Shown piece after piece: positions 1-10,124 of a stretch of DNA of 64,000 nt (position 1 is the first letter of the stretch; the number at the start of each line of letters is the position of its first letter). This DNA is from a virus. The stretch spans positions 22,109 through 86,108 of IMG/VR virus record IMGVR_UViG_3300024265_000039; one strand, written 5' to 3'. The notes under the pieces were generated by a model, which searched no databases, was not told the origin of the DNA, and saw only the letters and a list, made by a program, of their open reading frames with translations. The translations under genes were made by a program, and so were the position numbers.

Positions 1-195
1 GTCATATGTGGCCTTCACATCGACGACACCAGCTTCCAACGCACCCTCTTCGTCCTCTGGGTAGTCGTCCTCAAGGGCGGTCGTATCACGCATCACATCC
101 ACCTGCCTGACGACAGACTCCAGGGTTTCGCCCTCTTCCAGAGGGATAAATGCCGCGCTGCCGTCCCACCGTGTCAAAAACGTTGCTCTTAGCAT
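1..195 (-). CDS. Hypothetical protein, truncated at window edge (MLRATFLTRWDG...)
   Basis: ATG directly after the TAA of the upstream gene; frame open to base 1. Confidence 0.6.
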   Translation of the reverse strand, partial: MLRATFLTRWDGSAAFIPLEEGETLESVVRQVDVMRDTTALEDDYPEDEEGALEAGVVDVKATYD

Positions 196-2436
196 TTATA
201 ACATCCTCAATAAATCTGCCCGTAAACTGGGAACGCTCCGGTAATCTTCAGCATAGGGGCCATTTGGGAGGAACAACCCATGCAGCGTATTGGAAATGAT
301 ACCGGCGTCATTGATCGTGGCTGCCTTGATGATGGCATTTCCGTCATACTTGACATTCCAGACGGTCAGATCATCTTTGATCGGATACAAACACACAGGC
401 GTTCCAGCGCTATAGGTGAAGGCCGCCGAAGCTACTACGGCTAGCACACCGGCGACATACGTAATGAGGTAAATTTTGGCGTCAACTTGGTTGCAATAGG
501 CGATGATACCGTTGGCCGGATTTTCCCAGTCATCCCAGCAGGCCGCCACACCTGCTTGTGTGTCATCAGGAATGGTCAACTTGACCGGTTGGAATGCGAA
601 GGCGCGGTTCTGCTCGGTCAGTTGGAGCAAGTCGGCAAGCACCAATGGTTGCATAACCACATCGTCTTCGTCGCCATCAAATGACGCATCAGCGCTCAGA
701 TCAAAGGCAGCACCATTTGCCACACCAGTCTCAACAAACGTAGCATTCGTTGATCTGGCTACTCCTGGTGTTGTGCCGAATTTTGGCGTAATTATTCCGG
801 CAGTGCGATTGGCAACCTTATGAGTCAGTCTGTACCACGTTCCCGCCGCAAGGGGATCAACCGTCTGCCCTAAATCTGATGCAGTCCCTGCCGTTTTGGT
901 GGCGACCCCGGCTGCAATTGCCCAGCCCGTCCCTTCGTCCCAGCCATCAGAGGAACCCAAATCGCCATCGTCAATTACGTCCGCCCCCGGAATAATCGTC
1001 GAAAACGCCTTGTTGTCATCGGTGGCGTGGGTGTTGCCAAGCCATGTCAGGCCAGCCCCGGAACCGGCCACATCAATCGGAGCAACCAACCCATTGGTGG
1101 TATGCAGTTCGTTGTTCTTCCACCATGCCCAGTTGCCAGAGCCGAAGATTGTATCCAGGTCGGCGCTTGTGAGTGTTTCGGCTGCTAAAGCGGCATCAAT
1201 GGTTGCGATTTGCGCAGGGGTTGCCGTAATGTTTCCCAAAACAGTATCCGCGATTAGGCCTTTCCAGGGCACAGAAGGAGCAGTTGAATCTGCACCTACC
1301 ACCGATTTGGCCGAATCTAACGCCCCTACCCATACGCCTAAACCCGATTGGGTCGCGCCACTCTGGGAGCCATCCAAAAAAGCTCGGAATTCATCTACCC
1401 CCTTGTCCCACGAAGTTGCAATTCCAAACTCGTTAAGCGTCGATAACCCGCTAATCACAACAGCCTGCTGAACTCCACCCGCTCTGTAAAACACACTAAT
1501 TCGATTATCAGTAAGGTCTTTAAATCCAAACACGCGATTGTTAGCGTCTGCACGCAATGCCACAAATTGGTGAAATGTTGCATCAACCCATATATCTGCG
1601 TTGGGAACTTGCAGGCGTTGAATAAGCGTTCCATTCACGGGATTAAAAAACACAATCAACGCAGCGCTATAAATATCTGTATGTCCATCTCCTCCATATT
1701 GACCCGCACTTCCATTCAGGCCAACCAGAACATGCGTCCCATCCAGGCCATTGTCACCACTGTCCACCGCCACCACACTGTCAAACGTGTCGCTGGCAAC
1801 CGGCACGGACACCGGCATATCGGCGATGGCGATCTTGGGATTGGCAAGGGCGGTGGGATTATTAGCCAGTAAAACAGGATAGAGAGGGGTATTATTTCGA
1901 GTGTCGTTGATCGATACCAGAATAGGAATGCTACCAAACTCACCACCAGAAGCATATCCATAATCACCGGTTTCCCGAAGCATTTTGTATAGTTCGTAGG
2001 CAGTATCATTGGCTAATTGCAGAATGTCTGCACCCAGGCTGCCACCATCGTAGGATGCAAGATTGCGGGACGCATCAATATCAAAGGCCGCCTCGCCAGC
2101 ATCGCCCGACGTATCATCGTCCCACCCGAACCGCACCAACTGCAATCCCGTCGCCTGCAACTGTGCCGCCAACGTGCGTCCCGCCACCCGCGCAAATGAC
2201 TCCTCGTAGCTAAAGCGAGGATCACCCCACGCCGGAGCAGCCTTTCCAGAAGCAATCAGCAATTCACCGCCAGAGATGCTTATTTTGTTCTCTGTGTCGG
2301 TCACGTCACGGGTGTGCCCGGAATTCGAGAGTGTCCCATCGACGCTTCCCGCAGAGAAGTCCTCAGGGAACAGGTCAACCAGTTGATAGACAATCCCTTG
2401 CCTTAACAGCAATAGTAGTTTTTGAACGCGATTCAT
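196..2436 (-). CDS. Virion/tail-associated protein with beta-rich, LamG/lectin-like domains
   Basis: 746 aa, G/A/T/D-rich, in tail-tip module; N-terminal part resembles the C-terminal part of 10125..11621. Confidence 0.55.
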   Translation of the reverse strand: MNRVQKLLLLLRQGIVYQLVDLFPEDFSAGSVDGTLSNSGHTRDVTDTENKISISGGELLIASGKAAPAWGDPRFSYEESFARVAGRTLAAQLQATGLQLVRFGWDDDTSGDAGEAAFDIDASRNLASYDGGSLGADILQLANDTAYELYKMLRETGDYGYASGGEFGSIPILVSINDTRNNTPLYPVLLANNPTALANPKIAIADMPVSVPVASDTFDSVVAVDSGDNGLDGTHVLVGLNGSAGQYGGDGHTDIYSAALIVFFNPVNGTLIQRLQVPNADIWVDATFHQFVALRADANNRVFGFKDLTDNRISVFYRAGGVQQAVVISGLSTLNEFGIATSWDKGVDEFRAFLDGSQSGATQSGLGVWVGALDSAKSVVGADSTAPSVPWKGLIADTVLGNITATPAQIATIDAALAAETLTSADLDTIFGSGNWAWWKNNELHTTNGLVAPIDVAGSGAGLTWLGNTHATDDNKAFSTIIPGADVIDDGDLGSSDGWDEGTGWAIAAGVATKTAGTASDLGQTVDPLAAGTWYRLTHKVANRTAGIITPKFGTTPGVARSTNATFVETGVANGAAFDLSADASFDGDEDDVVMQPLVLADLLQLTEQNRAFAFQPVKLTIPDDTQAGVAACWDDWENPANGIIAYCNQVDAKIYLITYVAGVLAVVASAAFTYSAGTPVCLYPIKDDLTVWNVKYDGNAIIKAATINDAGIISNTLHGLFLPNGPYAEDYRSVPSLRADLLRML

Positions 2437-2448
2437 TGCAATAGCCCC

Positions 2449-2820
2449 TTAGACCATCTGAATAGAAACGTTCACGGCATCGATCAATGCATCGCATCCG
2501 GTGACAGAGACGGTGATAACCGAGCCGGTCACTAGTTGAAATGTCTTGGTTCCACTGGCGACCCCGGCAGCATCAGTTTCGTCAATACGGTTCAGCACAT
2601 CAATGTCGGTGGCATTGTTAGGGACGTTTGCCAATTCCTCTTCAAGCCCATTCGCCAGTGTATGCGTCACAACTACATCTGTGGTCGCCCCCGGAGCTGA
2701 CGCATGGTAATTGATCGATATGCGGTAAATGAGACCGTCCACTCGCCGCAGGGATTCCTTCTCGCCGGTAGCGCTACCGGCGCTTCCGGTTGTGGTGACT
2801 TTGATCTGAAGTTCTTTCAT
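2449..2820 (-). CDS. Small beta-rich virion protein
   Basis: 123 aa, RBS GGAGG, operon context. Confidence 0.5.
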   Translation of the reverse strand: MKELQIKVTTTGSAGSATGEKESLRRVDGLIYRISINYHASAPGATTDVVVTHTLANGLEEELANVPNNATDIDVLNRIDETDAAGVASGTKTFQLVTGSVITVSVTGCDALIDAVNVSIQMV

Positions 2821-2832
2821 GCGATTGCCCTC

Positions 2833-3513
2833 CTATGAAGGCTGAATAATCGGGTTATCTGCGGTAGGGGTGCCCCCTGATTGTCCGTAAATTGCCGCAT
2901 CTGTTTCCAGCACGCTGGGAGCAATCCCGTTTGAGATTGATACCAGCCTTAATTGTTCCAGGCTTTGGCTCAATGTAGTAAGAATCTCCTGGATGACAGT
3001 TTGAAGGATGCCGGTCTGCTGGTTATGCTGCGCCTGAATAACCTCTGGGAACCCAGATACAACGCCTTCCAGTTGAGTTACTGCTCCGCGCAAGGATTCT
3101 GTGGTCGTTCCATGCTGCACGATGCTGGCGGAATTGCGCTCCAGCGATACGGTCTGATTGGCAATCGCCTCGTTATTAGCGGTGATTGCAGCAATGAAGG
3201 AGTCGGTGCGCCTTCTATCATTTTCCAGCATCTGGTTGAGCAAGCCGAACAATTCTTTATCGTTTTGGCGGTCAATTTCCAGGCGCTGCAACTTCTCTTC
3301 CACGTGGCTGTTTTTGGCTTTGGCATCGGCGCTGATTCTATCCGCCCACGCTGCCATCCAGCGTCGAATACCCCACGCCAGGGAAAGCGACATGATGATC
3401 CCAATCCCCGCATACCAGGGCGCACCTTCCGGCAACGTGATCTCAATCGGTGTAACCTCGGCCAGAATAGGATGGATGATTGTGGTTATGATTACGCTGT
3501 ATAATCTCGTCAT
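2833..3513 (-). CDS. Membrane-anchored coiled-coil protein, possibly holin/lysis related
   Basis: Hydrophobic helix WYAGIGIIMSLSLAWGI followed by a long heptad-like region. Confidence 0.45.
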   Translation of the reverse strand: MTRLYSVIITTIIHPILAEVTPIEITLPEGAPWYAGIGIIMSLSLAWGIRRWMAAWADRISADAKAKNSHVEEKLQRLEIDRQNDKELFGLLNQMLENDRRRTDSFIAAITANNEAIANQTVSLERNSASIVQHGTTTESLRGAVTQLEGVVSGFPEVIQAQHNQQTGILQTVIQEILTTLSQSLEQLRLVSISNGIAPSVLETDAAIYGQSGGTPTADNPIIQPS

Positions 3514-3569
3514 AGTTCGTTCCTTCGTTACGGTGACCTAGAACGTCACCCCTATCATGGTGCCCTCTT

Positions 3570-4277
3570 TTAGGCAAATGTGATGGCGTCAGATACTACC
3601 AACTTCCCGGTAGGAAGTTTGATAACAAGGTAAAAGGTAGGAGTATTGTTTTCGGTTATATCAATATCAATATCCCCATCTGCTTCACTGATTAGAAGCC
3701 CAGATATTTCTGCCACGTATGGGAGGATACCGCCATCTGTGCCAATTGATATGTCATCTGGTGCGCCCGTAGTGGGGGTAATCCCATTAGCGTCATCTGC
3801 TAAATAGAAAATCACAGCAGCACTGATAGCTAAATCGTTGCCGTTGTGATCGAGCAACTGAATAGCGACATTGATTACATCGCCAGCTTCGGCACCAACG
3901 ACAATGGTAGCCCCGGCGGGCGCTCCGTCCGAAATACTACTAACCTGAGTATCGCGCCACCAGGTGCCATCCCACCAGAGTTCAAACAACTTGCCCGAAT
4001 CAAGTAGGAAATCGTTCTCGCTTGCCAGGGAGATGTTGCCTGTTTCATGCTTGATTGTGATGGTATCCCCGGCATCAGCGCGAATGACGATGAATGGCCG
4101 GACGGTTGTTCCGGCCACAGCAAGGTCAGTGAAACCTACCGTGATCGTTTTTAACTCATCCTCAACCCCGGATTCGGCGGCAATGGTATGAAGTGTTTGA
4201 GTGGCCGTTACCACGTCAGAAACCATGGTCAGCGTACTGAAGTCATATAAGGCCAGGAAATTATGTCTTGCACCCAT
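3570..4277 (-). CDS. Tail-associated structural protein
   Basis: 235 aa acidic, beta-rich; coupled to the upstream gene. Confidence 0.5.
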   Translation of the reverse strand: MGARHNFLALYDFSTLTMVSDVVTATQTLHTIAAESGVEDELKTITVGFTDLAVAGTTVRPFIVIRADAGDTITIKHETGNISLASENDFLLDSGKLFELWWDGTWWRDTQVSSISDGAPAGATIVVGAEAGDVINVAIQLLDHNGNDLAISAAVIFYLADDANGITPTTGAPDDISIGTDGGILPYVAEISGLLISEADGDIDIDITENNTPTFYLVIKLPTGKLVVSDAITFA

Positions 4278-4510
4278 TATTGTTCCTCCTGCTTTGGTCC
4301 TTCGCTGTCGTCCATCTCTTTAACCGGTTGCCAGCCGGGGGTTTCAACCAAAATAATTCCGGCGGTCAACATGGCCTTACTAGGGTTCAACTTTTCAATT
4401 GCATAGGTAGCCTGCAAGTTCAAACCGTACTTGGTTTGCAGGTCTTGTAGTTCGGCATTGAACCGCCGTTCCCGTTCTACTTTGGTCATCATATGCTTTT
4501 CCCTAGTCAT
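4277..4510 (-). CDS. Small hypothetical protein, possible fibre chaperone
   Basis: 77 aa, overlapping neighbours in the operon. Confidence 0.45.
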   Translation of the reverse strand: MTREKHMMTKVERERRFNAELQDLQTKYGLNLQATYAIEKLNPSKAMLTAGIILVETPGWQPVKEMDDSEGPKQEEQ

Positions 4511-5387
4511 TGCATCTTTCTAATTTGGCGACCCTTGCTCTGATGTCGGTTATCTTTATATCTTGTTGCAGGATCGCATCTCTTAGTAATCTGTCTCGAT
4601 TAAGCATGTCCCCTCTCGCAAACGGCAATTTTTCCCCGTTTCTCCATTTTCCCAACAAAACAATGTCATCATAGCTATCAAAAACATGGTCGGTTGCTCC
4701 AGTTTGGTCACCGTCCACAGTTAATGTACCACTGATTATGACGTTATGACCAAGTGTAATCCCCGCTCCTATCGTACTCTCCTTTAGGCTGTCAATAAAT
4801 ATATCGCCTTCAACCTCCAAGTCATTTTGTACCCCTAGATCAGCACCGTTCCCGGCTGTGTCGCAGAGGAGGTTGTCGAATATGTTATTCGCGGTTTGCC
4901 AATATCCAACCGTAACCATATCTGTGTCGGCTGGTGCTGGGCCAGCAATCAGCATGGAGCGTGGATTATAAGTGGCGTTCCCGATCCCGGATTTGGGTAG
5001 AGCAAAGCGGGTTGTACCACCAGTTGATTCAGTAAAAATGAACTCTATTTTACCCGTCACAGGGCCGGCGATGTTCCTGAACAGTATCGCGCCATCGAGA
5101 TCGATATTGCCAACGTTGAACGAAGTCCTCCCAATGGCGGCATTGCCTATTTGAATCATGCCGTAAGTAGGCGTTTCGGTATCGCCTACTTTGAGATCGT
5201 AATTAGTCAACTCCCCATCACCTATCCCCCTAATCGTAACTACGCCCGGTATTGCCACACTCCCATCGCCGAAGTTTTCTATTGCCGAATCATCGCAAAC
5301 CAATTTTTGTGCGTCGTCGGAGATGCGCAAAAGACAATTGGCGTGTCCTGCTAAATCAATCCCCATAGTTATGTATTGAGTAGCCAT
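4503..5387 (-). CDS. Tail fibre/spike-like protein with short C-terminal coiled coil
   Basis: Gly-rich body; C-terminus LRDAILQQDIKITDIRARVAKLE resembles the ends of trimeric spike/chaperone domains. Confidence 0.5.
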   Translation of the reverse strand: MATQYITMGIDLAGHANCLLRISDDAQKLVCDDSAIENFGDGSVAIPGVVTIRGIGDGELTNYDLKVGDTETPTYGMIQIGNAAIGRTSFNVGNIDLDGAILFRNIAGPVTGKIEFIFTESTGGTTRFALPKSGIGNATYNPRSMLIAGPAPADTDMVTVGYWQTANNIFDNLLCDTAGNGADLGVQNDLEVEGDIFIDSLKESTIGAGITLGHNVIISGTLTVDGDQTGATDHVFDSYDDIVLLGKWRNGEKLPFARGDMLNRDRLLRDAILQQDIKITDIRARVAKLERCND

Positions 5388-6865
5388 TAGGTTGGGTTCC
5401 CCAATCTATCCGCCAAATATGCAAATTCTATAATAACTAACGAGGCAGCGCTACCGTAAGTATCGTCACCATCGGTAGGATCACGGAACATCCTTATCCC
5501 AATGGTGTCCTCCTCCGCCAGGCTTACCCCGGCGATAGTCATGCTACCGGTTTCCAGTAATTCATCCTGTAGACCTTGAGCGGCATCTATAACCGAGGTG
5601 TTGGTTCCCGCACCACTGATAACCTCATTCGCATTCGATGCTACCGCACTCCAATCCATCTGCCATTTTACATTTCCGGCGTTGCCATTCACCGGGGCCC
5701 AGTGGATATGCACTGTCAGATCAGTTCCCACTGCCCAGTCGTTGGGCATATGAAACGAAGTGTAAACGGTATCGGTGGTTCCGGCTCCGGCAAATTGCAA
5801 AACTGAGAAATTGCCTATAACTGCTTGCGTAGGGGCAGTCGCTCCAAGTTTGAGGCCTTCAGCTTTAACTTGAATTTCTTTCCGGACTCTGGCCGTACCT
5901 TCCATCCGTAAAAAACCGTCATTCTCAAAGACACTGTAATTTCCAGCGATATGATCTCCGAAGGTTCCGCCAGGTGCGGTAATCCGGCCATCGCCTTCTA
6001 GATCGTAAACCTCGCCAAAGTTCGTGATCTCGCCAGTTGATGAGTTAAACCCATGAACGACCACCGTCCGTCCAGATCGGATAACCAAATCTTTTGTAAC
6101 CGGATCGGGGAACCCGTAATGAGGCTTATCGTTTGTCCAGTTACGAATGTCAATGAAATCGACCAGGAGATCATATGCGGTCGCCCCATACGCCAGGCGG
6201 ATGCCCATCAATGGAATCCCAGGGAATTGGATGTCTGCGGCCTCAGAAGCAGTCAGAGCGCTGCCGGTTGATTTCGGCGTTCCATAGACCGCCGCCATTA
6301 CCGGAGTCGGAAGCGTAGTATTCAGGCCGACGACGACCCAGTAATGCGTGTCCACTCCCGTTGGCGTGGTGGGGGTGATATTGGCGGGGGGTGAATACTT
6401 CCGTTCCCCACCAGCCAGATAGTAAAAAGCGGTCACATTGCAAAGCAACCCGGTAGCGGCATCCGGTAAAACCAGCCCCGGTTCCATCCGCAGCCCTTCC
6501 ACCAAATCGACATTACCCCAACCCCAGCGATGGCTATGGGGGGCGCTACCCAGGGATAGTTGCCCTCCCATGTATTCAGCCGCTTCGTGCGCTTCCGGGC
6601 GCGACGCAATAGGTTCGCGCCCTTCCTGGAAGGTGACGACTATCGGGTATCCGCCAAACAGGGGCACGCCAGTGTTAATCGCTTCAATCGCATTCCCGGA
6701 TACGGTCACGTAAATGCGCGGGCCGCCAGACGGGACAGGGATCACCCAATTGGCGCTGCTGTCCAGATAACCAACAACTCCTGGTTTTGTAATAGGTACA
6801 GCAGCGTTCACCAAATCGGCAAGCCCTTGTACAATTTCGCCATAGAGTTCTTGCAAATCAAGCAC
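5387..6865 (-). CDS. Minor tail protein
   Basis: 492 aa, GTG start with RBS, tail module position. Confidence 0.55.
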   Translation of the reverse strand: MLDLQELYGEIVQGLADLVNAAVPITKPGVVGYLDSSANWVIPVPSGGPRIYVTVSGNAIEAINTGVPLFGGYPIVVTFQEGREPIASRPEAHEAAEYMGGQLSLGSAPHSHRWGWGNVDLVEGLRMEPGLVLPDAATGLLCNVTAFYYLAGGERKYSPPANITPTTPTGVDTHYWVVVGLNTTLPTPVMAAVYGTPKSTGSALTASEAADIQFPGIPLMGIRLAYGATAYDLLVDFIDIRNWTNDKPHYGFPDPVTKDLVIRSGRTVVVHGFNSSTGEITNFGEVYDLEGDGRITAPGGTFGDHIAGNYSVFENDGFLRMEGTARVRKEIQVKAEGLKLGATAPTQAVIGNFSVLQFAGAGTTDTVYTSFHMPNDWAVGTDLTVHIHWAPVNGNAGNVKWQMDWSAVASNANEVISGAGTNTSVIDAAQGLQDELLETGSMTIAGVSLAEEDTIGIRMFRDPTDGDDTYGSAASLVIIEFAYLADRLGNPT

Positions 6866-6878
6866 AGGTCCCTACCCT

Positions 6879-6914
6879 AAAACTAAAAACCGGCAATCGA
6901 AACTAACTTGCCGG
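6879..6914 (-). terminator. Intrinsic terminator-like hairpin directly upstream of the 6865 gene
   Basis: CCGGCAA-loop-TTGCCGG followed by TTTTTAGTTTT on the minus strand. Confidence 0.6.
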
Positions 6915-6979
6915 GATGGATTTCATGCAGGCTGTATATATCGTATACAAAACCACCCGTAGAATGTAAGTCGCAATGA

Positions 6980-9900
6980 CTATCCATCGAACGGGCACGT
7001 ACCTTCGCCCGAAATAATAATTTTCTGGATCATGGCTATGCCGGGACTGGATTCCACCCCCGCTTCATTGGTAACGTGATAGGCGGAAGCGAGTGCCGCA
7101 AAAATATTGGTCGTATTGGTGGTCGATCCTGACCACGCCCACACTCCAAAATTGTCCGGGCCAGTGTTATCGACCGTCGCAAACGATTTGTCGATGCGCT
7201 CCGCTTCCCCGCCATCAGCCGTAGACCTGACTACCATCGACTGCTTGTCAAATTTCCCGGCTTGTATTAGACCAAAGACTAGCTTGAAATACACTGAGAT
7301 TTTTGTAAGTGTAGTGGCGGCAAAATCCAAATCGATTGTAACTCGGTTCTTATAAGCATCGAAATGAAAAAGCACCTCGCCATCGTAACCAGAGTCATTG
7401 GGTGTACCGGCCACTAAGGTGTAGGAACCGTGGATTATAGACCAGGTAGGTGAATTGTCTTCATAGGTATAATGTCCAGTATCCGTCCCCTCTGTGTTGA
7501 ATAGGAAATAATGTTTCCATGTTCCGCATCCAGCCCCAGTACAATCCTCGGTGGAGTTCTCTTGGATTTGCGCGGCGGCATTCAGACCGCCCTGCCCCAG
7601 TAAGGTGAACAGGTCTTCGGTGACACTCCAAGCTATCCCGCTTTTAGTAGTGAGTAAATCCATCAGTTCAGCGTACTCAGAAGCGGACAACTGCCCGTCG
7701 GAATCCAGAAGTCAGTAGATTTCATCGCGCAGTTGATCTCTAAATGTGTCATCGAAAGCGGTACTAATATCCGAGGCGGTTGTCCCATAATAGTCTTCAG
7801 TCAAATCGGTCAGGTAATCGTTATAGGCCAAACTGGGAGACATGACGACGACCAGGGCTGCGCCCATCGTTTGGCGGAATTGAACTTTTGAAGTGGAAGA
7901 ATCAATAGCACTGGCAAGCTCTTCGGCAAAGTAATCGACATAATCCGCGATATTGGCTGCTGATAGGCAAGGCCAGTCTTCCCCACCGGGGCGATCACCT
8001 GGGTCTACCGGGTCAGGGGTTTCTACCGTATCGCAATCGACGCAATCTCCCTGCTCCCCAGTATCGCCGGTCACATCACCCAAATCATTCCAGTCGCTCC
8101 CATTCGACGGTTTCCATTCCAAGTTTCCGAATTCATCTACCTGGAAATCTAGGACGTAGGAGTCGAACACGTCATACCCCCAAAGAACGCCGTCTTGCCC
8201 TGCCCCACTCCATGAATTCAGGGCAATCGTTGTTCCCGGCAGCCCGGCTGTTTCTGGGCGCACGGTAACATTCAGATGTTTGGTCAGGCTGCCCTTTAAC
8301 TGTCGCCATTCTCGATCTACAGCCAGGGCCAATGCATTCCCAGCGAAGCCCACCCCTCTCGGATCATAGGCAGCATCTATATTTAAGGCGAACCACGTAT
8401 TCCAGTCGCGTGCAGGATCAAACACATCCAGATTCCGACTTAACGGAAGCGGCAAATCCGGGGTAGGAGAATTGTCAAGCGCCATCAAATGACCGGCCTT
8501 GTCATTCAATTCATCCTGATCGATTACCAATAAACCGGGCCCCTGTGGTTTGTCCGTCCCCTGCCCTTGCGCCCCATCCCCGGCAATAGATTTCAAGGCG
8601 GCGACATCTGAGCCGTCCATATGAAATCCGTAGGCTGTATATTCACCTACACGAGGCCGATATGTCTGGGGGTAGGCGATTCGTTCCTTGATATGATCTT
8701 CTGTTAAGGTTAGCCGAGTATCCAGAGCCTCTCTAAAGACTGCGCTTTCCACGCCGGGATTGCGGAGGAAGTAAATCGAGCCATCAGAAGCGCTGCCCAC
8801 ATTACCGGAAACCGAAGTGGCTACCTCCGCCACCTGCGCTCCCAAATTTGCAGATAGGGTGTTCCATTTTGTTTTCCGTACCGGTGTGGCGTCCGGCAGC
8901 TTGTGATAGTCGAACAAGGAAAGCGCATTATAGCAATGATAATGGATCAGATACCAAACCACGAAACTGGGGGTGGCTAAATTGGTGACCACTTCCGTCC
9001 AGTTGGCCGGGGTAGCGGATTCACGTATCGCTTGCGGAGGGCAGGCTATGATTTCCATCAGTTTGTATAGGGAGGTGGTTTCCACCGATAGTTTGTTGGT
9101 GGAAAATGTTCCAGATCGGGTCAGGCTGGTAATGAACCCGGCATAGGCATTTACATACCCAGAACCGGATGAAAGCGGCTCACCATTGTACAGGCCATAA
9201 TCACTGAGCAGTACCGCACCACCATCCATAAATACGCTTTCCAACTGGTTCCCGTACACATCTAGATTCAGTTGCCGTCCCTGCAAATCCTGGCGGTCGC
9301 TGGTCAACACAAGATCATTCAGGGTCGAAAATGGAGCATTACTCCCGGCGGTTTCATTGATCCAAACCGGGCGCACCCCTCTCCGCGTAGTCGTTCCGTT
9401 TGATACAGTACAGGCCATCAGATAGAAGCCGGGGTCAAATTCAACGCCAATGGAGGAGGACGACAGTGTGCCGGATGTAAGCGTTGCCCCGGAAGCAGGT
9501 AACTCCCATAGATAGGTGAGGCTTTCGGCTACCCAGTCATAGCTGGCGCTGGCGTCAAAGGTCAAGGTGGCCTTGTCATCAGTTCCAACGAATGCCTGTC
9601 TCCACGCACCCATATTGCAAACCGGTTGCGGGTAATCGCCTTGGTTATCAAAGTCCCAATCAAATTCTTTGTAAAATACCCCCGCCGCAATGCGAGAAAA
9701 CATTGTCCAGGGAGGCATATAATCATAGATCGTAATAACATGGTCGTCGCCCAAGGCCAGCGCCTGCAACTGAGCGCGTCCAGGATCACCTTGCGCTTTA
9801 GCATCGATATAGAGCGTGGTTGATGCTGGCGCTTTACGAACAATCCCGGTGGTAACATGCGTCCCGACACTGTTCACCACCCGTACCATCTGCCCCTTTT

Positions 9901-10081
9901 TCACAATCGTAAGCCAGTCAGCGCTGGTGTTATCGACTGTCAGCGACGCTACCGGATACGTAATCGATACCTGATTGATGTCAGCAGTGGCGACCGGATT
10001 CAACGGCCACCGATTCAGATAAGCGTCCACGGTATGCCGGGGGGATAAAAGTCGAGCCAGGTCAGTTGCAGATAGGGCCAT
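6980..10081 (-). CDS. Tail-tip/hub protein interrupted by one in-frame TGA at 7712-7714 (ORFs 7712..10081 and 6980..7690 share a frame)
   Basis: Reads ...DEIY*LLDSDGQLSASEY... with no other stop; PKD-like segment FDASASYD...TYLW; position after the distal tail gene. Confidence 0.6.
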
Positions 10082-10124
10082 GATACTTCCTCAAATACGA
10101 CAAAGCGGCATAAATGCCGGGCGG

